DNA of 64,000 nt from Octopus bimaculoides (lineage: Eukaryota): assembly GCF_001194135.2 (NCBI RefSeq), contig NC_068989.1:55508651-55572650 (forward strand), read 5' to 3'. The first letter of the stretch is position 1. Each line of letters begins with the position of its first letter. The translations under genes were made by a program, and so were the position numbers. The notes below the pieces were generated by a model. It did no database searches, was not told the DNA's origin, and was given only the letters and a program-made list of their open reading frames with translations. Shown here piece by piece: positions 25,551 through 38,589 of the stretch.

Positions 25551-26159
25551 CAAACAGAGTCTTAAATAGGTTCAATGTTCAGAGTTTAGCGTAAAAAAGA
25601 TAAGAATTAATGACAAACATGTCTTTCTCCAAAGTGTGAATGACGCAAGTGAAACAACCTCATCCAAAAATTCAAATCAGATATTTGGATTTCCTTCAAG
25701 AACACAGAATAGAGTGACCAATAATAATAATAATAATAATTTGCTTACATTTACTATTTATAGGTAACCACAATTGTAGGTCTACTCTTTCTCTCGGTGT
25801 TGCAAAAGAATTGCACAGGCCAAGCAAAATACAAAAATAATCTTTGTCACTGACACGATTATCTTATCAATGCTTATCTTCGGTATTAACGGTATAATTA
25901 TAATTATAACTCTCACTGAAACATCACGTTTCACTTTTAATACCTAATTATAATAATCATCCCTATCCTTCTAATATACTATTACATTCCATGTCAGCAG
26001 AGAGAAGAAAAAAGAAAATCAGCCTTGTAATGGGAGTGGATTATATATTTTAATTTACGACAGCTTGTCCACTCTTACTATATATANNNNNNNNNNNNNN
26101 NNNNNNNNNNNNNNNNNNNNNNNNNNNNNNNNNNNATACACACATACACATAAATAGGA

Positions 26160-27170
26160 AATTAGTTAAAGAAGAGGGCTTGCCAATAACCTTTCTATGC
26201 CCTCTCAGACTGGTGACAGTGACGTGGTTGATATTAAAAGTTTGAACTTCGTTAAGTTGACACCTGTAGCTAGAGTAGAAATGGAGATGATACCAGAGGG
26301 CTTTAAGGGTTGAGAAACTGAAGGTATGACGAAGATAGGATGGGGAGGTGAATCCCGTGGCCTTTAAGCTGGGCTGATACGCAACACGCAACTTACTAGG
26401 TAGGAGGACTGGAAAAAAATTGTAGTGGTGTTAGAAGAGAAAGGGAAAACAGTGCTTGTATGAGCCAGGAGTTGTAACATGTTGCGTCGGCTTTTACCAA
26501 TAATCCAAAATGCCTTTTGGAGTGTGGTGTTGGATATGTGAGACATGAGGGGGGGATCGCATCAGCGGCATATCAGTCTTCCAAAATAGGTACTGTCTAA
26601 CTTTACTCAAGGGTCAGTGACCAGACAGTGTTATTTTCTAGATCTGGAGAAGTACCCTAACACTGCTATAATGTTATGTGTTTAACGTTATATGTATGAA
26701 ACCACCATTAGGATCATCAGAGATTGATGCCTGGAGTTTTTAGTCATTCTGAGAGCCTCAGTGTATATTATTAATGTACAGGGAGGGTAGAGTAAAAGAT
26801 TGCTTGTTTAACATGTGTTGTGAATATGTGGAGACGAACTTGCCTGAATATTTTCAAAATGTCTACTCTTAGAAACTTATTTCATGCCAGACACGTACTG
26901 TTTCTAAGCTGACTGTTTTGATGGGCATGTTAAGTGTGTAAGGAAGGTTAAGGGAGATACGAGGGTTGTATGATTTGTAAAGAGGTAAGGGGTTAGGATA
27001 AAAATAGGTCAATAAGTACAGAAGGAAGAGCCATGAAGACAAAATCAAAGGCTAATGTCCACTAGGGTTGATAGAAAGTGGGTCAAAGAGACAGCAATGT
27101 CAGTACACCCTACAATAGAGCAATTTGACAGAACCATAAGTAGATGTCTTAACCAGTAAGTTAACACATT
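26160..27170 (-). mobile_element. CR1-like LINE, decayed RT C-terminal fragment
   Basis: Minus frames ..NTTTIF..SYL..LKATGF..LRH..FSTLKALWYH..TSLRGH resemble the CR1 ORF2 end (YCTTIFSP..QRKATR..TRGH); shares sequence with about 31680-31850. Confidence 0.55.
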
Positions 27171-27599
27171 AATTGCCACAGGTACCACCGGTGGTTCAAC
27201 ATAAACTTTATGCGAGCGCCATATGCTCTATCGATGGCACATTTTCAAAATTTAGGAAAATATTTTATTATGCATCTTTGACATGGTTTCAACGATATCT
27301 AAATAACATGAGTGCTAAGTATTATATGAAATATTGTAAAAATGCAAAAAAATTACATTTCCTTGTAGTTAAACAGTAAGCAAACAAACAGTATGACCGC
27401 ACAAAATACGCGGCGTCACCAGTAAGTTCTAGTAACAGGCTGTGGCGGTTAACATGCTGAGGTATCACTGAGGTAGGTATATTACATAGTTCAAAACTTT
27501 GCTGGTGCAAAGAGAAAAATTTCTTTTGCTAAATATCTCAAATATGCAAGTGTAAGATGTAATTATAATAGGCCTCCAGCAGATATATATCTCTATAAA

Positions 27600-28030
27600 A
27601 ACAATACAAGAGAGGTCAGTGAGAAAAAAGAGAAAGTCGTAATAAAGCAGGTAGGCTCTTGTGACTGTTTACATCACTTTTGAAATGCTGAGAGAGTAAT
27701 GTAGGGCAATCTGGTAATAGTTAGTATGGTCAAAAAGGCTATTTGTTTGTTTATTTATGATTGGTCTGAGGAAGTGGCCAAGGCCCTCGAAAACCAGTGA
27801 GACTGAAATGCTTAATGTTCCTCTTCAATATTTAAGAGTTGATGGCTGCAAGAAAGACATAGAAAGAGAGGAGAATGCAGAGCATCATCATTCTGCTGGA
27901 GAAGGAGTGGGTATAGTAGTTGATATAGAGTCTAGAGGGGATGGACAATTGCAGGAGAGATGGGTGAGTCATGAGTACCTCGGTAGATGTGGCATGAGAC
28001 CAGTGCCAGATAAAGACCCATAGAAACCCT
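27600..28030 (-). mobile_element. CR1-like LINE fragment
   Basis: Purine-rich plus strand like the other CR1 pieces; decayed minus frames. Confidence 0.4.
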
Positions 28031-28552
28031 AAGCGCTTAAAAGATTTTGGTGCCCCATATATAGTTAATTCAAAATATAAACAATAATAAAACATAAAAT
28101 AGATTTTCATTTTTCAAAATGAAACAAAACTAAGATGGAAAATAATGGTTATTTTTGTATACTTCCTCTTTATTTATATTTGAAAAGTTTTCTCCCACTT
28201 TTTTAATTGCAAAGTCTTTGATCAGATCCTCACTATGACACCATGAACAATTTGAAGTTATATTTCTGATCATATAAGCCACTTTGAATATTATTTTAGC
28301 AAGTTTAAAGTTATTTCTTTTGTACCATAAACCATTTACCATTTCTGTGGTGCCCATGTCCCTTGATGCCCTAAGCACGTGCTTATTTTGCTTAATGGTT
28401 AATCTATTGTCTATAACAGAGCAAAATGTCAACTATACCAATCAAAATTTACTATGTTGTAAACAAGAGTAATAGCAGTTCAATGATTATTAAATATTAT
28501 AAGCCGTATAATGATTCATCTTTAAACTACTAACATAATTAAAAGTTAATGT

Positions 28553-28830
28553 TACATTATTTACATTACTTACAATTGACAGATATTTGTCCTCATCTTG
28601 TTTGTTGTTAACACGTTTCAGCTGATATACCCTCCAGTCTTCATCGGGTGTTTTGGGGAAATTTCAAACCTGGGTTCTCATTCCTAAGGTATTTTTCAAT
28701 GTTGTCATTATTATTATTATTATTATTCAGGTCGCTGCCTGGAATCGAACTTGGAATCTTGAGGTTAGTAGCCCACGCTTTTAACCACTACGCCATATGC
28801 CCGTCAATTGTAAATAATGTAAATAATGTA
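28553..28830 (-). mobile_element. Composite element: 28-bp inverted repeats around a tRNA-like head and a hammerhead-like core
   Basis: Inverted repeats 28553-28580 and 28803-28830 (27/28); tRNA-like 28802-28729 (tggcgtagtgg, gttcgattcc); CCGATGA...GAAAC at 28647-28615. Confidence 0.65.
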
Positions 28831-29979
28831 CATAATTCCTCATCTCTTAAATATAGAACTGTAAGTTAATGTTAGATACACAGATGGCCACACCAACAAC
28901 AGACCACTATAGTATTAACACAGGTGAATATAGTCATCAATCATACTGAAAGCAGCTGAACAGAAGAGTATAACATTGTGAAATAATAAAGTCATTGTGA
29001 AAAATATTAACATAATAATGATTTATTTTGGCATAGAACAAAGCTGGTTACGGCAAAGGTGGCGGGTATGGTCAATTGAGTACATTACCTTCACCCCAAT
29101 TTATCAATGTTACTTATTAGGTTGTCTATGGAGGAATGAAAAGCAAAAGTGATATTGGCATGGATTAACCTCAGTACGGCAAGTTATTTTAGATCTTTAC
29201 CAGTTCGGTTAACATTAACAATGTAAGTTAATAATACTGATTTTTGCTCAGATATGAAGCCTAGCAGTTTTAAAGGAAGGAAAATGGGAAGTTACTATGT
29301 TCAGGCCTTTCCTAAAAGCACCAATATATTTAACTGAAAAGAAATAGACCTAAGTAGGAATCAAAAGCAGACTACCAGAGAATTTCATTATCTGATGTTG
29401 TTATTGGTGGTGGTGGTGGTGGCGGTGGCGGCGNNNNNNNNNNNNNNNNNNNNNNNNNNNNNNNNNNNNNNNNNNNNNNNNNNNNNNNNNNNNNNNNNNN
29501 NNNNNNNNNNNNNNNNNNNNNNNNNNNNNNNNNNNNNNNNNNNNNNNNNNNNNNNNNNNNNNNNNNNNNNNNNNNNNNNNNNNNNNNNNNNNNNNNNNNN
29601 NNNNNNNNNNNNNNNNNNNNNNNNNNNNNNNNNNNNNNNNNNNNNNNNNNNNNNNNNNNNNNNNNNNNNNNNNNNNNNNNNNNNNNNNNNNNNNNNNNNN
29701 NNNNNNNNNNNNNNNNNNNNNNNNNNNNNNNNNNNNNNNNNNNNNNNNNNNNNNNNNNNNNNNNNNNNNNNNNNNNNNNNNNNNNNNNNNNNNNNNNNNN
29801 NNNNNNNNNNNNNNNNNNNNNNNNNNNNNNNNNNNNNNNNNNNNNNNNAAGGAGGAAGAAGAGAAGGAGGAAGAGGAGAAGGAGGAAGAGGAGAAAGAGG
29901 AGGGGTTTTCGCTTTTTGGTCATAGGCCAGTAGTTTTTTTTTTTTAGCAGACATTTTGAAGATATCCTGACAAGCTCAT

Positions 29980-30170
29980 CATTATCACCATTTAGCATCA
30001 ATTTTCCATGCTGGCATGGGTTAGACAGTTTGGCTGGGACTGATAAACTGGAGAGCTGTACCAGGCTCCAGTCTGATTTGGCTTGGTTTCTGCAGTTGGA
30101 TGCTCTTCCTAATGCCAATCACTCCAAGAGTATAGTGGGTGCCTTTTATGTGTCACCAGCAGAGGTGCCT
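29980..30170 (+). mobile_element. RTE-associated short repeat
   Basis: ttttccatgctggcatggg...gttggatgctcttcctaatgccaa; related copies at about 34490 and 52220-52380, and reversed at about 58800-59110. Confidence 0.65.
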
Positions 30171-30606
30171 TACTTACAATGCATATTAAAGAAGCAGTCT
30201 TTTACTCTGCTCTCCCTACACATTAATAACCCTCAGTGACTTCCTTAAAATAACAACAAATTCTAAGCATCAATTTCTGATGATCCACTTGACAGTTTCA
30301 AATATATAATGTTACACCACATTACATTACAGCAGCACTAGGACCCCCACTCCAGAGACAGAAAATAGCATTGTTTGTTGGCTGACCCTTGAGCAAAGCT
30401 AAACAGTACCTATGCTGGAGGATTGATACACCACTGCTGCACCACACACACAAACACACATACACACAAACCTTTAAGCCCATGTTCCAAAAGGCCTTTG
30501 GGATTTTTGGTAAAAGTCAACCTTGGCAGAATTTAAACTCAGAACATAGAGATGGACAGAATGCCGCTAAGTATTTTGTCTAGCATGCTAGCAGTTCTGC
30601 CAGCAT

Positions 30607-30609
30607 ACT

Positions 30610-30652
<43 letters not shown>

Positions 30653-30688
30653 CAGCAGCAGTAGTAGTAGTAGTAGTAGTCGTAGTAG
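30607..30688. repeat. (TAG)n microsatellite
   Basis: Seen directly; explains the poly-Ser ORF 30552-30836. Confidence 0.95.
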
Positions 30689-31049
30689 TTTCTGCTTTAG
30701 GTACGAGGCCAGCAATTTTGATGGGAGGGAGTCAGCTGATTACAACAAGTGCAATAACTTGACTAGAGCTTTATTTTACACACCCCACCTTTTGTACATG
30801 GATAACTTCGAATTGTATGCATTAACAAATAACTAGTAACACTGCTGCACACAGTAGGTGGATATCGAAAATTCAGATTAAGACCTGCATAATGGCAACT
30901 TTGAAGAGAAGAAAATTAAGAATATCTAATAAGGATCTATTTTGTTCAATATCTAATAAAACAGAGATAAGAGTAACACAACAAAACACAAACACACACT
31001 AACAAATACTTAGGAACAGGTGAAGTGGACAGTGCACAACACACAAATG

Positions 31050-31860
31050 AGGAGAAAAAAAGATTAGGAAGAAATATTGTGGATTAATACTTAAAACATG
31101 GCTAAATACAAAAATGTAAGGTAATAGGTATCGATATTCTAGCTGACCCAGTCATAAGGTACAGCCATAATATTCTCAGTAGGATGCTAGAAAAATTTGC
31201 AAGAAAAGCAAGAAAAATATTGACTGCACTTAGAACACGCCATACAGAATCTCAAAATAGAAAGAATCTATTTACCATGAATACAGAAAATTACAAAATA
31301 ACAATAGCAAAACTATATAAATATCTAATAAAAAATAATGGAAAACTGATATAAATAGCTACCAAATAGACACAAAATAATAACTGTTTTCTGACTTTAA
31401 GGAAGCCAACAAGTACATAACAGGGGCTGAATTGACTACCATAAATAAAGAAAAGGAGAAATAACAGAAGCTGTGGAAAAGTAAAAACTAAGCCCAAAAT
31501 ATGGGTACAGAATGTTACGCTGGAATGATGGCAAGAATAGCCTTTACATAGCAGTATCTGCAAAAAAAAAATGTTTTTCAAGAAACTGAACAAGGTAGAA
31601 AGAGACGAAGGTACAGTTTTAAGTCTGTGTTCATCATTACTGCACACTGCATCCATCTGAAGGATTCAGAATAGTTTCAAAATGTCTACTCTTAGAAGCA
31701 GTACATGTTTGGCATGAAGTATCTATGCTATTTTAATGGACACGATAAGTGTGTGTGGAAGGTTAAGGGAGATGAGAGGATTGTATGATTTGGATAGAGG
31801 TGAGTGGTTAGACTAAAAATAGGTCAATAAGTACAGAAGGAAGAGCCATGAAAACACAAC
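31050..31860 (-). mobile_element. CR1-like LINE fragment
   Basis: Near-identical stretches with 26860-27040 (aatgtctactcttagaa; aaaataggtcaataagtacagaaggaagagccatgaa). Confidence 0.55.
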
Positions 31861-32769
31861 AGCTTCTTCATAGCAGCACAAGAATGAAGCCTTCCTACAA
31901 GAAACCACCAAAAGCTAAATATATTAGGCAATGGCAACATAGAGAATATATTAAGTAACTGCAGAATATATTAGGCAACTGCAGCATATGTGCAAATTGG
32001 GAAAATAAAATTAACCACATTGTCACTGACTACTCAGTCTTAACCAAGAAAAAAATAAATCTTCAGGCATGACAAAATTAAGGCTCTTATATGATGGAAA
32101 TTTTACCAGCATTTCGAAATACCAAAAGAAAAGTGATAATATAAGGCATACTTCAGAATGATAAGGTAACATGATAAGGTAAAATATTATGGAATATTCT
32201 AATCCACACAGAAAGGAAATCAATATTAAGGGGACCTGATTAAATGGACCATTAAGATGATATGGATGATTGATCACAGAATATCAATGGTTTAAGATGA
32301 AATTAATGATCTCAGTTGACTGGTTGATGTCGGATGTTAGAAGTCATGTTCTCAACATCTGGTGCTTAGACTCTCTTCTATCAATGGTATAACAGTGGTG
32401 AGTAAAATTAAAAGTTGGAATAAAAATCCAAGAACTCAAAGAGATCTTGCGACCAGCTTCTTCAAAAGAGCTTGTGTTTGATAATCACTTTTTTAAAAAA
32501 CGATGATCAATTATGTAAGCTATTACATAAAACAAAAACATTGTGTATTAAAACATTGTTTACCAAAAATTAGGACACATTTGGTGTTTTATCTTAATAT
32601 ATATTGATATAACTTATATCACATTGTTTGCGTAATACAGCAAAGCAACAGAAAGTGAAAATATAGAAATAAAAATAATAATACTTGAAATTACACACCT
32701 TTATATAATAAAAGGAAGGGACAAGCATCTGAAAAGCTTATTGATCTGACTCGATCATCTTGGATCCCA

Positions 32770-32846
32770 TCATCGGTACAACCTGTTTCTCATGCTGCTA
32801 GCACTGTGATGCCTTTGACTATGATAATCCTTCCCATCAGAACTTT
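32770..32846 (-). CDS. Candidate last coding exon (E)SSDGKDYHSQRHHSASSMRNRLYR*, followed by AT-rich UTR-like sequence
   Basis: Phase-1 entry after tcttcacaaag| (non-optimal AAG acceptor); protein-like composition; CpGs retained near the stop in a CpG-poor zone. Confidence 0.28.
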
Positions 32847-34445
32847 CTTTGTGAAGATTATACATACATATAAGATTATGTGTGTGTGTGCGTGTGCATG
32901 TGCACATATTTATTCATGCACAAGTTGCGTTATTTCATACTTGATTTTAACTGAAAAAACTGTGGTGTAGCTTATCCATGGGACAAAGCTGATATCAAAT
33001 TTGAATATGAAAGGAAAAGAATTTTGTACTTATACACAAGTATGTATGTACACACACACACATATATATATATATACACACACACATGCATGCATACACA
33101 AACTGAGAAATGGATACTAAATATACTAAGCTCCCAGTACATAATTTTCAGTCCCTCAAAATAAATAACTACATAATCCTTTTTTTAACAGTTCACTGAT
33201 TAAAAGAAAATCATTCTGTAATGAAGTGGCATTGTTTTGTTGAACAGTTATGAAAACTGGCACTGGCCTAATGAAAATGTGATAGAGGTGAGTTTCTGGA
33301 GAAGAAATCCACATGGGATGCTAACCAGAATTAACTATCAAGTTTTTTTGTTGTTGTTTTTTCAATGTCGTTCAAGAAGTTGTTTGTGATGAAATCTATC
33401 TTGGTATGTGGATTTTCTTATGAACTGGTTAACCATACTTATACATATGCCATTAGATGAAGTACATGGATGAATAATTGGTCCATGGAATCCCTCTAAA
33501 TACACATCATTAGGAATTCATAAGCCAATATTATATTAATGTATGTTAGTATGTTATTTAATGTTGTTGTTAATATAAACCTGGAATTCTTTCATACATT
33601 CTATAATTTAAGTAATGAGGAAAAATCGTAATACAAAACAAAAGAAAACTGCAAAAGTTGGAGCCTGTTGTCTCCCATTATCTTCATTCTTCTCTCTCTC
33701 CCTCTCTGTCTATTTATCTATCTATCTCTTGTTCCAAACACTCTCTATTCCACTTTCACTAAAGAGAAGCAGAAGTGAGAAAGACAGAAAAGTTAGAGAT
33801 ACTAATGGACAAAGAAAGACAGAGAGTATGATGCCATACAAATGTACTGCTACTATCATCAACATTGCTCTCTTCCTTCTCTCTCTACTTCTTTCTTGAT
33901 GTTTGAGTCTCATTCTCTATTTCTATACTATTTATACTAGAGAGAGAGAAAATGGCAACTACTCCATTTTTGACAAATAGTGGTGGATTAGGGATATTTT
34001 AGCACTAGTGACAGGACTCATTTGACACTGGGATGTTTTGCCACTGAGAAAATTTCATTTTATTCAACATAAAAACTGAGTTTTACTATGTGAGCATGAC
34101 CCACAAAAGCTGAATAAAAAACTAAATAAAGTAATACTTATCATTATATCAACATAAATAACCTTTACTTTTATCAACAATAATAATCTTTCAATGTGTA
34201 TTTATAATCAATAGGAATATGTGATGAGAAGGGAAATAACTGATAACTCCATATTTTATTTCATTTTCATTTCAATACATTTTAATCTTTCTCTCTCCGC
34301 ACGTGTGTGTGTGTGTGTGTGTGCGCATGCACGTATGCCCACATCTGCCTTTTGTGCCAAATTGTTCACTACCAAATCTTTCATTGACAAAAGTACTGTA
34401 CTAAAATGACTGCAGTCACTTTTCTACTCCAAGTGAAGGATGCAG

Positions 34446-34485
<40 letters not shown>

Positions 34486-34739
34486 TTCACATCTGCCTTC
34501 CAAGCTGGCATGGGTGGCAGTATGAGGACGATTTGTGAGCTATTTCTCAAAATAAGTATTACAAGACCTTCTCTGTGAGATAGCGAATAACATGGTATGT
34601 AATGGTTCAGTGGGTGTTTATTTGGTAGTTTCTCAATACAGGATGGACAGACAGACATACAGACAATTCAAATGACTGATTGGTAGACTGGAAAACAGAC
34701 AGGCTGACAGATAGACATGAAAACAAACAAGCTGACAGA

Positions 34740-35170
34740 GACTTGTGTCAGTCATTGGACTGCAGCCATGCTGGGGCACTGCCTTGAAGAATTTTTAGTT
34801 GAATGACTCAAACCCCAGTACTTTTTTTCTTCTTAAAACCTGGTACTTATTCTATCAAACTCTTTTGCCAAACCGCTAAGTTATGAGGATATAAACAAGC
34901 CAACACCAGCTGTCAAACAGTAGTGGGGGACAAATACAGGTACAACGACACGTACACATACACAACAGGCTTCTTTCAGTTTCCATCAGACAAATAGACA
35001 ACGATACACATAGGCTTCTTTCAGTTTCTGTCCACCAAATCCACTAACAAGGCTTCAAGTGACCCAACGCTATAGTAGAAGACACTTACTTCCCCCAAGG
35101 TGCCACACAGTGGGACTGAACTTGGAACTATGTGGTTGCAAGCTTCTTACCACACAGCTATGCCCGCACC
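34740..35170 (-). mobile_element. Family-B SINE, CpG-decayed, with internal duplication
   Basis: ggcttctttcagtttc occurs twice (about 34968 and 35012); ggtgccacacagtggg shows CpG decay. Confidence 0.8.
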
Positions 35171-35829
35171 TATGATCTTAGAAATTAATTGAAAAAAAAT
35201 CTGCTAGTAATTTTGGATTTTAGCATAGTGAACTTCTCATCTACTCTACTCATTTGATTAGCAAAAGTATGTACACAAGAAATCTGTTAGAAATATTAAT
35301 GAAATAGGTTGTTCCTTGACTGAAAAGAAATTTATTTGGAATTTTGTAAGATGACAAAGAAGAAACTCTTTTAATTTTCGCTGTGGAACAACAAAGGAGT
35401 TTAGAAAAAGCTAAATAGAGAATGTATGCTGAATTCTACATGTTAATCATTCTTCAATACATATTTCAGATCTAATACACAGGAAATGATTCTATAATAT
35501 ATTTTAAAGAGGCAGCACTCAGAAAATATTTGCAAGTGAGCAGCAGGGGTGCAGTGGGGTGTGGTGGGAGCAGGGGAGCTGGGGAGTGCACAGCTGTTGA
35601 TCTAGCCTTTGACCCAATTGAAATATGTCAGTCAAGTAGCTTTCCAAAAATTAAGAATTCCAGCTAGCAACCAAATATGTAGTGGTTTCAAAATACTTTC
35701 CTAACACCTCTTGCATTTTGCTGCTGCTGCTGCTGCTACTGCTATTGTAATATTTACTAACATTTTTGCAAGAGACAAAGAAGGAAAGCAACAAAGCAAT
35801 ATATATATATATATATATGTATATATATT

Positions 35830-36240
35830 ATCTTTTACGTGTTTCAGTTCTTAAACTGCAGCCTTACTGGAGTACAACCTTGAATTTTTAGTTGGATGAA
35901 TTGACCTCAAAACTTGTACTCTTATTTTTCTTGTTTTGTTTTAAGCCTGGTATTTATTCCATCAGTATCATTTACCAAACTGCTAAGTTATGGGGATGTA
36001 AACAGACCAACACTGGTTATCCAATCGTAGTGTGGACAAACACAGAAACAAAGATACGCACACAGACACACACATACAGATATATGACAGGCTTCTTTCA
36101 GTTTCCATCTACCACTCACAAGGCTTTAGTTGGCCTGAGGCTATAGTAGAAGACACTTGCTCAAGGTGCCATGCAGTGGGACTGAACCCAGAACTATGTG
36201 GTTGGGAACCAATCTTCTTACCACACAACCTTGACTATGC
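35830..36240 (-). mobile_element. Family-B SINE, CpG-decayed
   Basis: Same core, reading ggtgccatgcagtggg. Confidence 0.8.
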
Positions 36241-36599
36241 CTATAATAATAGTAGATAAAATTAATTTCTCTAATTGCAATCAACCATGACTAATAGGTT
36301 TCTTAATAAAACCTGTTCAAACTATGCAGTTATTCACCTACAACTGTTGTTACCACCACCACCACCATCTCTCAAAATGTAGAAACAACAAAACACCAGG
36401 AAGCTAATAAAATAAAATAAAAACAAAAACGTAGCAACACTGAAAACTAGGTCTTTGGATTTATTTGTGCTAAAGTGGTAACTATAATTTTAGATAATTC
36501 TTGCTATTCTCATCAAAGTTACCCCTCACAACACATGCAAAAAAAAAAAAATCAACAGAAAAAAACAAGATCTTGCAAGTATGGAGAAAGAAAAAGTAA

Positions 36600-37105
36600 A
36601 GTTACCTTTTTGAAGTATGCCAAATCATAAGGGGTGGTTTCCCAGTTTCATGATGTATATATTCCCCACCTGGATGTGACACCAGTCTGTTGTAGGATTA
36701 CTCACTTTTGCCAGCTGAATGGACTGGAGCAACGTGAAATGAAGTGTTTTGCTCAAGAACACAACACATCGCCCAGTTCAGGAATTGAAACCACAATCTT
36801 ATGATTATGAGTCCAACATACTAACCACTAAACCACACACCTCCACAAAGGTAAAGTTTCCTTCTAGAGTTACGCCAACTCATAAGGGCTGGCTTTATGG
36901 TTTCCATGGCTTATATATATTTACCCAGTGGATAGGACGCCAGTCTGTCACAGGATTACTCATTTCTGCAAGCTAATTGAACTGGAGCAATGTGAAATGA
37001 AGTGTTTTGCTCAAGAACACAACACATCGTCCAGTTCAGGAATTGAAACCACAATCTTACAATCAGGAGTCCAACATCCTAACCACTAAGCCATGTGTCA
37101 TCACC
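36600..37105 (-). mobile_element. Two adjacent family-A-related SINE copies
   Basis: gactggagcaa(c/t)gtgaaatgaagtgttttgctcaagaacacaacacatcg..caggaattgaaaccacaatctta repeated with a period of about 260 bp. Confidence 0.85.
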
Positions 37106-37757
37106 ATGCAAGTACGAGATGTTAAAGATCTTAACTACTCTTATGATTAATTCATATATAAATGATTATGAGTGAAATTCATTAACAGGAATGGATGTTG
37201 AAGAATTCAGCACATTTTTCAGTCTTTAAAGAACATTACAATTGCCTTTTCATTCGGGAACTCATTAAGCCAATATTTCAACTAATAAAAAACAGATTTT
37301 ATGAATGTTNNNNNNNNNNNNNNNNNNNNNNNNNNNNNNNNNNNNNNNNNNNNNNNNNNNNNNNNNNNNNNNNNNNNNNNNNNNNNNNNNNNNNNNNNNN
37401 NNNNNNNNNNNNNNNNNNNNNNNNNNNNNNNNNNNNNNNNNNNNNNNNNNNNNNNNNNNNNNNNNNNNNNNNNNNNNNNNNNNNNNNNNNNNNNNNNNNN
37501 NNNNNNNNNNNNNNNNNNNNNNNNNNNNNNNNNNNNNNNNNNNNNNNNNNTGTGTGTGTGTGCGCGCGTGCACGCTTATCCCCCAACTGATGTTGGTGTG
37601 TTTATATCCCTGTAACTTAGCAGTTTGGTAAAAGAGACCAAGAGAATAAGTACCAGACTTAAAGAGAAAACTAGTATTGGGGTCAATTAGTTCAACTAAA
37701 ATTCCTCAAAGCAGTGCCCCAGCATAGCCTCAGTCTAAAGACTGAAACAAGTAAAAG

Positions 37758-37794
<37 letters not shown>

Positions 37795-38589
37795 AACACA
37801 TATATATATAGCTGGTGAGGAGCCTCAACCAGACTTCTCACAGTCAAGGAACACAGGTACAAACTCTTCTGAGTGGGCAGCAGAGCAATGGAGTGCTGCT
37901 AGCCACCCACATTGTTGGCAGAGAAATGAGTAGATAAAGTAATCAGAATAGTCAGTGTGTGTAACATAATAAAATTTGGGCGAGTCTTTCGTGGACAATA
38001 CAACAGTGATAATTACCTCAACATATGCATCACAATTGAGACCGGCAAATGAATAGAAAGGGCTGCCTTGTAGATACAAGGCTTATTACCTTAATGGTGA
38101 ATGACAGTTATTTCATTATCACATCTAGTATTTTTAACATACATGTAGAGCAACACCATGATAACTTCTATGGAACACATGGAGTCTGTGGGTATGATAC
38201 AAAGAATGAAAAGGGATGAAGGCATTTGGAGTTCTGTCTGTGATGTTAATTAACTAACAATTTGCGGAAGCAACGTCAGGAAATTGGCCAGCTACCTGAT
38301 CATTTACTAGCCAGGAAAACACACAGACCAGATTAATTTCATACCAAACAGAAGAATGGATAGATAGATGGTTGTGAATGCTAAGTGTTACCCTGGTAAA
38401 GAATTTAAACCAACATAGAATAGTGTTTACTGAATTCAGGACAAGACCTGAATGAGAACAAGATAGAGCTAGAGATATATATAAGATATTCTGAAATAGG
38501 AAGATAACAAAGGTAAACGACCTACTGACCATTTTGTAGGTTCATAAAGTCTCTACTTAATGCATAAAACAAAAAGGAGGAGACTTATA

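Noticed and set aside
28130-28432. 100-aa minus ORF
   Set aside because: AT-rich, no splice signals or recognisable motif; this length is expected by chance in 64 kb.
33900-34110. Strong minus-strand acceptor near 34110
   Set aside because: All frames close within about 16 codons and I found no good donor.
37240-37281. Micro-exon LKYWLNEFPNEKAI
   Set aside because: Weak donor, and the same ttattagttgaaa context recurs at about 42675 without an open frame.
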